A stretch of 24,360 nucleotides of DNA from a virus (lineage: Duplodnaviria; Heunggongvirae; Uroviricota; Caudoviricetes). Both the position numbers and the translations under genes were made by a program. The stretch is from positions 1-24,360 of IMG/VR virus record IMGVR_UViG_3300016484_000450; one strand, written 5' to 3'. Of the stretch, positions 1 through 9,200 are shown one piece after another. The notes under the pieces were generated by a model. That model was given only the letters and a program-made list of their open reading frames with translations. It was not told the origin of the DNA and made no database searches. Positions within the stretch are counted from its first letter, which is position 1, and the number at the start of each line of letters is the position of its first letter.

Positions 1-1068
1 ATTGCTCAAAAAATAGGTGAATTTTTCCAAAGTGATACATGGGAAACACTTAAAGATGTTGGTTCAGCCTTTTTACAAGCAGGTAAAATGATGTTAAGTG
101 CTTTAAAATGGATAAAAGATACATTTGGTACTACTGGACTTTTAGCTACAATATTATTAATTAGGTTCCCTAAAATAATAACAGGAGCATTTCAGATATT
201 AAAAGGAAGTCTAGGAGGTTTATTCTCTATGTTAAAAGGTGGGGCTAGAGGGTCATTTAGTAACCCTATGTATGTCTCTGTCGTTGGTGGAGGAATGGGT
301 GGTTCTGGTGGCGGAGGTGGTGTCGCTGATATGATAGGTGGTAGTACAATGGGTAAAGGGTTTTTAGGTAGATTCGGCTCAAAACAAGGTAGAGCTGTTT
401 TAGGTAGAGCTGCTCAAATGGGTAAGTTTGGTAAATTTAGTAAAGTTGTTGGTGGTGGAGCTAAACTTATTGGTAATCTTGGTAAGGGTATGAGAGCAGC
501 TAATCCATTAATGTGGGCAAGTATGGGTCTAGATGTTGGTCGTAGTTTCTTAGATGACCCTAATAGTGACTTAGGTAAAGGTTTGGGTGTAGCTAGTACG
601 ACAGCTGGTGACGCGGCGACAGGTGCTTTAATTGGTAGTGTTATACCAGGTGTAGGTACTTTAATTGGTGGTATAGTTGGTGGTGTTATTGGTTTAGGTA
701 GGAGTTTATATTCAGAATTTAAAGATAGGACAGCAGAAAAATATAAAGTACCTAAGAAATATCAAAATATGGGTACAGGAGCATCTTATGGTGGGTTAAT
801 GTTAGATGGACAAGTTTCACCAGGTGGTAATGTTATAACAACCGCTAAAGGTGAATTATGGCAAACGTCACCAGGGGATTATATCACAGTATCACAACCA
901 GGAGGTGGTAGTAGTATGGGTGGTGGAAACGTGAACGTTAATGTATCTGGTACAATAGAATTAAGGTCTAATGGTACTGTATTAGATAAAAATTTCTTAA
1001 ACGACCCTGAAGTTAAACATCAAATCACCAGAATAGTTGTGGATAGAATGAAAAACGGTTCTAGATAA
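1..1068 (+). CDS. Tail tape-measure-like protein, C-terminal part (5' truncated by the window edge)
   Basis: The frame of the 88..1068 ORF is open back to base 1 (IAQKIGEFFQSDTWETLKDVGSAFLQAGK before the Met at 88), so the true start is upstream. The protein is Gly/Ala-rich with long hydrophobic GxxxG stretches, ends in a GGNVNVNVSGTIEL-type tail, and lies directly upstream of tube-initiator and baseplate genes, the usual tape-measure position. Confidence 0.65.
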   Translation: MAQKIGEFFQSDTWETLKDVGSAFLQAGKMMLSALKWIKDTFGTTGLLATILLIRFPKIITGAFQILKGSLGGLFSMLKGGARGSFSNPMYVSVVGGGMGGSGGGGGVADMIGGSTMGKGFLGRFGSKQGRAVLGRAAQMGKFGKFSKVVGGGAKLIGNLGKGMRAANPLMWASMGLDVGRSFLDDPNSDLGKGLGVASTTAGDAATGALIGSVIPGVGTLIGGIVGGVIGLGRSLYSEFKDRTAEKYKVPKKYQNMGTGASYGGLMLDGQVSPGGNVITTAKGELWQTSPGDYITVSQPGGGSSMGGGNVNVNVSGTIELRSNGTVLDKNFLNDPEVKHQITRIVVDRMKNGSR

Positions 1069-1128
1069 ACCCTATTCACTTAAGAAATAAATTTCCTATT
1101 ATTTAATTTATAAATTACTAAATAGTAA

Positions 1129-1137
1129 ATATTTATA
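1129..1137 (+). promoter_or_regulatory. Candidate late-promoter motif ATATTTATA
   Basis: Intergenic, 14 nt upstream of ATG 1152. Exact copies also occur before ATG 15666 and ATG 24004. Here it is part of the perfect palindrome TATTTATAAATA (1130-1141), which also contains the T4 late box TATAAATA. Confidence 0.45.
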
Positions 1138-1151
1138 AATAAAAATAATTC

Positions 1152-4100
1152 ATGCCAGCAATTAATCCGAATAATTATAATATTGATAATCTAGATAGTA
1201 TTAATTTAGGTCCTATTAGTGTTACTAATTTTAGAAACTATGTACTTAGTTATAATTTACAAAATGTAGAACCTAATATTGCGTCAGAAGGTTATAGTTT
1301 CTACCCTAGGGGTATTTACATAGGTGACCTTTGGAATCCAAATCAAAATATCCAGGACTTACCAGATTTAAGTACGGTAGCTTTTGTGCCTAGTGATTTA
1401 AACAATAGTACCTCACCTAGACCAGATAATATTAGTAAAAACCTTTTTACTAATGTAAATCCTTTTTATGGATCACCTACAAATCAAGAAACTTTTGAAG
1501 TAACAGAAAAATCTCTACAAAATCCAGGTTCAGTAGATAATTGGGTTATAGAAGGTGGTTTTTCTACAGATGTATCATTTATAAGAGACAATGTAAATTT
1601 AAATAATAACGAATATGGTCCAGAATTTATTTCTGAGTACGGGGATATTAGTGGTGGGTTAACAACAACGGGATATAAACAATACCCAACATCAGCTGGA
1701 GGTGATGTATTAGGACCTATCATAGCTAGAACTTTAGGGTTTAGTACAACTGGGGCAATTGATTTTCCTTCTGAGTTACAAACAGTTAGAAATGAGAGAT
1801 TAGCGACAGAATTAAAAAATAGAATAATATTTAACTTTGTTGAAGATACGGCTGGTAGTTTAAATTTAGATCCATTAGGTTTATTAGCCGGACAAAAAAC
1901 TTTTACTCCTAATTACACCATTACTAGACCAGATAATTTTGTAGGTAAAGCTGTTGAGTTCACAAACAATCTAATCGGTTTTAACACACCAGTAAGTATA
2001 ATACCTGGGGGTAAAAATATAAAAATAGGTAGTAATGGATTCCAAGACGATTTAATTCAATATACAGGTAAAGGTCAAAGAGACTTATTATATGCTAACG
2101 TATATTCTAGTAAGTACTCACCTGAATTGTTAACAAAAGGTTTTGACCCAGAAACAGAAGATAAAAGTAAATTATTAGGTCAGATAGGTGGTTTCTTTGA
2201 CGATTTAGGAAAACAAACGGCTAATAATTACTTGAAAATGAGTAATGCTACCGAAGATGAACAAAAAACGTTAGCACAAAAAGTAGGTACTTTTATTAAT
2301 GATTTAATTACCCCTAATTCGGATAAATCATTAAAACCTAATACAGAAAAAGATACTAACCCTAATGACCCTTTTGTTACAATGGGTCTTGACGGCTCAT
2401 ATAGTGCAATTGATGGATTAGACCCTAATTCAACATTTAACGAACCAGAACTAAACGCTCCAGCTTATTTAATACCTGGAGCTACTGTGGACTATTACCC
2501 AAATAAAACTACATTAAAACCTAGTCTATTTGATAGTGATGACACTAATAGTTCTTTCACACACACAACTCCTTCAACAAATAGAATGTTTGATTGGAGA
2601 GATAGGTCACAACCAATTGCTAAAAGAGGTTTATTAAAATATACACAAGATATGATTAATAACGCTGAGGCTAATGGACACCAAGGTGGGGCTAAATATA
2701 TCGGTAGATTTAATAGTAATAGTAATATTATACAAGGACAAAAAGAAATAGGTGACGGTAGAACGGTATCAGTACCTAGACATAAAGATGTATCTATGGG
2801 TAATCTTGTTAGAAGTGGTGATGACAGTTATTACTGTAGATCTTGGTCAACAAGAAATCCTTACCAAAACCATTATGATTTAATTAGAAAAGATAAGTTA
2901 TACCGAATGATGAATAAAGAATTTTTCGGTAACTACCTTAGTGTACTTGAAGATACTGGTCATGTTAAAATAACACCATATTCGGATGATGATTTTACTG
3001 AGGCATCAAATTTATCTAGAGTAACATTTAATCCTAGTAATGAGATTAAGAGGTACATGTTATCTATTGAAAACTTAGCTTGGATGGATGCTCCAGAAAA
3101 AATAGGTTTGAAACCTTGTGAATTAGGCCCTAACGGTGGTAGAATTATGTGGTTTCCACCTTATGATATTAACTTTAGTGAAAATACATCAGCTAACTGG
3201 GAAGCAACTAGTTTTATTGGTAGAGGTGAACCTATATATACTTACATGAATACCGATAGAAAAGGTACGTTAAGTTTTACTATAGTAACTGACCACCCAT
3301 CTGTTATTAATCAGATGAAACAAGAAACAGAGGATAAATTAAATAAATTCTTTGCAGGTTGTGGTGTTGATGTTACAAAATTCTTTGAGGAAGAAGTTAA
3401 AGAAGTAATCGAAAGAAAAAATACAATAGAGGTTATTGAAAGACGTAAAATTGAAGAGGAACAAGTAATACCAGAAGAAAAACCACAACCAGAACAACCT
3501 AAACCTAAAGAACCACCATTCATGGAATTAGAATGTTTCTTTAGAAATGCTAGAAGGTCTAAAACCGACCCTACAACAGGTTTAAGGGTAGGTGATGGTA
3601 GAGATATTGCTATAGAAATTGCTGCGCCAGTAAAATATGAACTATCTGGTTCATCAACACCTACTAGTGACACTAAGAAAATTTTAAATCTAAACCAACC
3701 GTTTGTTGATAAATTACAAGAATTAATAGATTTCTTGGCAACAAAAGATGGGCAAAGTTGGGGAGTTGAATTTATAGGGTACACAAGTGGTGCAGCACCT
3801 AATAACTATAATAAAGTATTATCAATAGATAGGGCTACTAGTGTTTGGAGATATGTAACGGAACAAATAAAACAAAAGGGAATTACTGGTGATTCAGCAT
3901 CAGGTTATACATACGACGACTCAAATTTCTTAACAGGTTATGTAGGTTTTAAATGTGTAGACCCTGGGGATGGAAGATGTCTTAAGGCAACTGAAACATC
4001 AAAATTAGATATAAACGACCTAAAAATTATTGTAGAACCAACACCACCAAGTGGGGTATATACATCTAGATGGGTGATTAATGCTAAAGGTGAAGATGGG

Positions 4101-5873
4101 GCAACATCTAAAAATGATGAAGACGCTATATATGGTAATAATGATTTAAATGCTGAACAGGCTAAATTAGATAGAAAGGTTAAAATGGTTCTTTATAAAA
4201 ACGAAGAATATGATATAAATCATACTATAATTAAATTAGAACCTAAAAAAGCTAGTGAATTATCAGATCTTGGAACACCTTTAGGTACTAATGATATTGT
4301 ATTAACACCAGCACAAATACCAACTCTAGCAATAGATAAAAACCCTGTTACAGATAAATTAGGTACTGGACCTACAGTTTCATTAACAGAAACAACAGCT
4401 CAGGCACAACAAAAGGCTTTAGCTTTATCAATGTTAAATGGTTTAAACAGTAACACACCAACAACTGATGCTTCTTTAAATGATAAATACGAAGAAGTTA
4501 AAACCCAAAAAGAAGAGATAACTAAAGAAGTTATTACAAAAACGGTACAAAAATTATTTAGTGAGTGTAGTTATTTTGAAAAAATAAGAAAAGAAGACCC
4601 ATTCGTCTATAATGGTATTGTGGATAAAATTAAAAATTTCCATCCAGCATTCCATTCCATAACACCAGAAGGGTTTAATGATAGATTAACATTCTTAAAT
4701 CAATGTATGAGACAAGGGCCTAGCATTAGACCTAGTACAGTAGAAACACAAAATTTAGTATTTGGTAGACCACCAGTATGTGTTTTAAGAATTGGTGACT
4801 TCTATTATACTAAAATTATTATTGATTCATTAAGTATATCATACGAACCATTATCTTGGGATATGAATCCTGAAGGTATTGGTGTACAACCTATGATAGC
4901 TAAAATAGATTTAAACTTTAGTTTTATTGGTGGTTCTAGTATAGATGGTCCGATAAGACAATTACAAAATGCTGTATCGTTCAACTTCTTTGCTAATACT
5001 TCAGTATATAATCCTAGAAGATATTATAAACCAGATAATTACGGTGAAACATTTGAAACATTAGTAGAAAAATTAAAAGGTGATGTTACACAAGTTAAGA
5101 CAGGTAAAGACTATATTGGGTACGGTTCATTTGGTTCACAAATACAAGCGGATGCTGAAGTTACTAATATAAATTCTGTAAAAACAGCAACTGATTCACA
5201 ACAACAAACAGATACAGTACCACAGACACCAACTACACCACCAGTAAACCCATACCCACAACCGACTAATATAGTATTAGAAGAGGGTTCAGGTATTAAT
5301 ACAGAAAGTGTTGAGGTTGGGGCCGGAAATACTGAAGTTACTGGATTTGATACATCTAGTAGTGCATCAAATATAGCATTTAATAGTAACACCTTTAATC
5401 CTAGTGGAGCACAAGTATTTAGTCCTACTAACGAAAAACAAATTAAAGTAGAAAATCCTGGAGCTATAACACCTACAGACCAGATTAATGAAATAGATAA
5501 AAAATTAGAAATAATAGATTTATCTGTAATAGAAGGTCAGTACGGTACTAAATTTATGAGATATACTATAAAAGAAGATCAAAGAACTAAATGGATTTTT
5601 GACCGTAGTTTTTTAGAGATAGTAGGACCTTGTGTTAGTAAAACAAATAAAGTTAATAGTACAGATAAATATGATATAGGTTTTGACATAGGTATTGAGG
5701 CTGAATCGGAATACACATACTCACCTTCTGGGTGTACTGGTGTGGGTACATATAAATTTGTTACAAATCTAACACTATTACCAATAGATTCTAACGGTAA
5801 TTTAGAAAAATCAGATTCTGGTAGAACACCAATACTTTTAAGTGATAAAGCTTCTTACACTATCACAGAGTAA
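1152..5873 (+). CDS. Large virion baseplate / tail-tube-initiator-like protein with an internal OmpA-like domain
   Basis: 1573-aa ORF. FPPYDINFSENTSANWEATSFIGRGEPIYTYMNTDRKGTLSF and GRPPVCVLRIGDFYYTKIIIDSLSISYE...PMIAKIDLNFSFIGG resemble the two halves of a tube/tube-initiator (gp48/gp54-like) fold. VEFIGYTS...YNKVLSIDRATSV...KGE...DRKVKMVL matches the OmpA C-terminal pattern. It sits between the tape-measure and LysM wedge genes. Confidence 0.6.
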   Translation: MPAINPNNYNIDNLDSINLGPISVTNFRNYVLSYNLQNVEPNIASEGYSFYPRGIYIGDLWNPNQNIQDLPDLSTVAFVPSDLNNSTSPRPDNISKNLFTNVNPFYGSPTNQETFEVTEKSLQNPGSVDNWVIEGGFSTDVSFIRDNVNLNNNEYGPEFISEYGDISGGLTTTGYKQYPTSAGGDVLGPIIARTLGFSTTGAIDFPSELQTVRNERLATELKNRIIFNFVEDTAGSLNLDPLGLLAGQKTFTPNYTITRPDNFVGKAVEFTNNLIGFNTPVSIIPGGKNIKIGSNGFQDDLIQYTGKGQRDLLYANVYSSKYSPELLTKGFDPETEDKSKLLGQIGGFFDDLGKQTANNYLKMSNATEDEQKTLAQKVGTFINDLITPNSDKSLKPNTEKDTNPNDPFVTMGLDGSYSAIDGLDPNSTFNEPELNAPAYLIPGATVDYYPNKTTLKPSLFDSDDTNSSFTHTTPSTNRMFDWRDRSQPIAKRGLLKYTQDMINNAEANGHQGGAKYIGRFNSNSNIIQGQKEIGDGRTVSVPRHKDVSMGNLVRSGDDSYYCRSWSTRNPYQNHYDLIRKDKLYRMMNKEFFGNYLSVLEDTGHVKITPYSDDDFTEASNLSRVTFNPSNEIKRYMLSIENLAWMDAPEKIGLKPCELGPNGGRIMWFPPYDINFSENTSANWEATSFIGRGEPIYTYMNTDRKGTLSFTIVTDHPSVINQMKQETEDKLNKFFAGCGVDVTKFFEEEVKEVIERKNTIEVIERRKIEEEQVIPEEKPQPEQPKPKEPPFMELECFFRNARRSKTDPTTGLRVGDGRDIAIEIAAPVKYELSGSSTPTSDTKKILNLNQPFVDKLQELIDFLATKDGQSWGVEFIGYTSGAAPNNYNKVLSIDRATSVWRYVTEQIKQKGITGDSASGYTYDDSNFLTGYVGFKCVDPGDGRCLKATETSKLDINDLKIIVEPTPPSGVYTSRWVINAKGEDGATSKNDEDAIYGNNDLNAEQAKLDRKVKMVLYKNEEYDINHTIIKLEPKKASELSDLGTPLGTNDIVLTPAQIPTLAIDKNPVTDKLGTGPTVSLTETTAQAQQKALALSMLNGLNSNTPTTDASLNDKYEEVKTQKEEITKEVITKTVQKLFSECSYFEKIRKEDPFVYNGIVDKIKNFHPAFHSITPEGFNDRLTFLNQCMRQGPSIRPSTVETQNLVFGRPPVCVLRIGDFYYTKIIIDSLSISYEPLSWDMNPEGIGVQPMIAKIDLNFSFIGGSSIDGPIRQLQNAVSFNFFANTSVYNPRRYYKPDNYGETFETLVEKLKGDVTQVKTGKDYIGYGSFGSQIQADAEVTNINSVKTATDSQQQTDTVPQTPTTPPVNPYPQPTNIVLEEGSGINTESVEVGAGNTEVTGFDTSSSASNIAFNSNTFNPSGAQVFSPTNEKQIKVENPGAITPTDQINEIDKKLEIIDLSVIEGQYGTKFMRYTIKEDQRTKWIFDRSFLEIVGPCVSKTNKVNSTDKYDIGFDIGIEAESEYTYSPSGCTGVGTYKFVTNLTLLPIDSNGNLEKSDSGRTPILLSDKASYTITE

Positions 5874-5915
5874 TATACTTTACATTTAAAATAAAATAGA
5901 TATTAATATTTAGAT

Positions 5916-6239
5916 ATGGCTAAAAATTATTTTAATAGATATACACAATTTAGAACTATTGATGAAATAAAATACATACCATTTTTACGAATAGACCCAA
6001 AACCTACAGACATAAAAATGGTATGGAAAAAAACCGATAGATTGGATAAACTTTCACAGGAATATTATGGTGAACCTTATTATGGGTGGTTAATATTACA
6101 AGCCAACCCAAAATATGGTGGAATGGAATTTGACATACCTGAGAGTACAATACTAACAATACCATTTCCATTGATGGATACCTTAAGAAATTACCAACAA
6201 AAATTAGAAAATTATAAAACAATAAACGGAGATGGCTGA
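5916..6239 (+). CDS. Baseplate wedge protein, P2 gpX / T4 gp53-like (LysM-like)
   Basis: 107 aa with DRLDKLSQEYYGEPYYGWLILQANP...IPESTILTIP, the typical gpX/gp53 LysM-like signature. Its stop overlaps the start of the hub gene by 8 nt. Confidence 0.75.
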   Translation: MAKNYFNRYTQFRTIDEIKYIPFLRIDPKPTDIKMVWKKTDRLDKLSQEYYGEPYYGWLILQANPKYGGMEFDIPESTILTIPFPLMDTLRNYQQKLENYKTINGDG

Positions 6240-9200
6240 ACAATTTAATAGTTATATTGCTAGAATAAATGAAATTAGTGGTAAAGATGTTGCGTTAACA
6301 AATATTGACGGTTCTAATGTCGTTTTATTAGACCCAGCTGGTTTTATATCTAATAATAGTGTAAATCAAGAAGATTTAGTTGTTTATGCTACACTAGAAG
6401 CTAGAATTAGACCGAAAACGTTAATTCAAAATAAACCAGAACAAAAAATATTAGAAGTCAACTTTATTAAAGAATCACAACTTGACGTAAATGTCGGGGC
6501 ACCAATAGGTAAAAGTTTTTTAACAACCGACTGGACTAATGTTGGTGGATTAGGTTCTACCATGGGTAGTGATTTAGAAACTTTTGGTATGACTAGTATC
6601 GACATGTCTATGAATGCCGGGTTCATACCAACAATTACAATAAACTTTGTTGATGTAAGAGGGGCAACATTATTTGAACAGGGAGCTTGTTCACCATACG
6701 GAGCATTTTTCCACCAACCATGGCCTATTTTTGACTTAACCGTTAAAGGTTATTATGGTTACCCAGTTAAATACTCATTAGCTTTACAATCTTTTAATAC
6801 TAAATTTAACCCTAGTAATGGTAATTATGAATCTACAGCAGAATTTATTGGGTACTCTTACGCATTTTTATCAGACATTCTTTTAGGTCATGTTTTATCA
6901 GCACCATATATGCAAGGTTCTGAAGAACTATTAAAAGATATATACACTAAATATTTAGCATATTATTCTGAAAGAGGTATTAATAAAGGTGAAAACACAT
7001 TTGATCCATTAAATAGTGGACAAGATGGGAAACCTTTAACATTAAAAAATTATTTAGATAAAGTACAAAAACTACAGTCAGGACAAGATGGTCAGGATTC
7101 AGAGGTGATAGCACAAATTAGAGGTTCACAAGAATTAAGAACTTTAACAGATTCTGAAAATATTGAGAACGTTTTAGGTGATATAAAATTATTAATAGAA
7201 ACGTTTAAAGATAAGTGGATTGACGCTGGTGGTATATATAATGAAGGTACACAAATTTTATCTTGGACAAATTCTGCTACAGTCAATGACCCAAATAAAA
7301 TTAATGAACTTAAAGAACTACATGATTACCACGTAGGTGGACAAATCAGTCCAAAAGTTATCGCTTACAATAGTCTAGTTAATGAAAACACATTAGGTGA
7401 TGATTTATTAATTAGTGAAAGTATTGTAGCACCTATAATAAAAAATGATACTACAGGTATTGATGTAGATTTAAATAAAATATTAGTAGATATTGGTGTT
7501 AAAGAAGAAAAATTTAAAACTAAGGTTGAGGATTTAAGAAAAAACTTTAATAAACAAGCTAATGAGTTAATTAAAAAACAATTAGGTTTTATACCTACGA
7601 TTAGAAGTTTCTTTACGGTTTTATTAGCTAACACTGAATTATTTTTACAATTATTAAAGAACGCTTCATCTGAGGCTGAAAAGTACCATAAAAAAGATGG
7701 GGTAGGTGGAAACCAAACGTTACTATTTAACAATGTGAGTACAACACCTATTCATGAAATTTATTATGCTTGGCCTACTTATATGTCATTGAAAGCAGGT
7801 AGAGAAAACGTTGAGACCTATCCAGGTTTAAATCCAACGTTCAGAGATTGGCCTGAGGTTAAGTTTGTGGAAGATTTTATAAAGGCATTAAAAGCAATGA
7901 ATAAATCTGGTAATGACCCAGAAGAATTGGTGAACCAGTATTTAGATTATGAAGGTAGAATAGGTTATGATAATTATTTACCTATTAATGCTATGGAAAG
8001 TCCGGCAGGTAACCCTAAAGCTAATATCAGTTACTTTAATAATACAACCCCACAAGAAATATATAAAAATATCGGTGAGAGATTTATTATTTATAGTAAT
8101 ATGACCGCTTTGAATCCTTACTATTTAGATTCTTCTATTATAGTAAAATCGTCACGTAAATATTTTGAAAAGACTAAAGAAGGATTCTACCCATCAACAT
8201 TCACTCATTTAATTGATATGAATGATTCCGCTTATAATTTTAGTACTAAGTTCTCTAAAAAAACATGGGGGTTGGCTGATGGTTATAATTTATTTAATAC
8301 TTTAGGTAATAATGCTATGTTTGAGGTAATGAGAAGTGCTGCCTCAACAGATAAAGTTAAATTCAAAACAGAAGTATATACGGCTTTAGGTTTAACTGAG
8401 GATTCGAATATAGAATATTATTATTATGATAAAGATTTAACTTTAAACCCTAAAGAAGGTACAGTAACTTTAAAACCTGATTTAAATGACATGTCATTAG
8501 AATCATTAATAAATATAGCACCTTGTGAAGATTGTACTGGTGCTGTAGAACAGGGAATAACAGGTAGTATTGTAGAGGTTAATGATATTTTTAGAACACC
8601 TTTAACAAATTTAAGAACTTTAAAATTAAAAGACGATAATATCATTCTATCTAAAAAAGATTATAAAATTAATGATGAAGTAAAAAGTTTTTCACTAATA
8701 GAATTAATGACCTTAAATACTGGGTATGACCCTATGAATGCTCGTAGTAACCAGGAAGGTATGACCAGAATTGTTGATTTAAGTAAGAGTAACTCTAGTT
8801 CAGCTTATCAGTATGATACAGACGACACCTGGTGGAGATATAACGGTCTAAGAATGAGAAAAAGTACACCATGGTTAGTACAATCTACTAGTTTAGGTGA
8901 TTTAAGTATAACTAGTCTTGGACAATATGCTAAAATATCATCATATTCACAGGTTAATAATCTAATTTCAGATACATTAATGATGGCTGAAATATATCCA
9001 GATTTTACATTAAATTATTATTCTGGTTATGAAAAAGTTTTTGATACTAAAAACAAACCATTATTCGGTGATTATAGTTACGCATATTCATTAGATGTTG
9101 GTGAATTATCTGGTGTTAAAGGTAATACTGACTGGGATTATACAAAAAAATACGATAATCCGGCTAAATTAGATTCTGGTTGGTCTACGATATTACCTAG

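Noticed and set aside
88-90. Track start codon for the first ORF
   Set aside because: The frame is open from base 1 with protein-like sequence, so the gene begins upstream of the window.
250-480. GGT-rich low-complexity DNA resembling a tandem repeat or G-quadruplex tract
   Set aside because: Fully explained by glycine codons of the tape-measure-like protein; the G-runs are mostly only two bases.
7015-7101. Short SGQDG repeat (GGACAAGATGG twice) in the hub gene
   Set aside because: Two short copies in coding sequence with no array or spacer structure; not CRISPR- or DGR-like.
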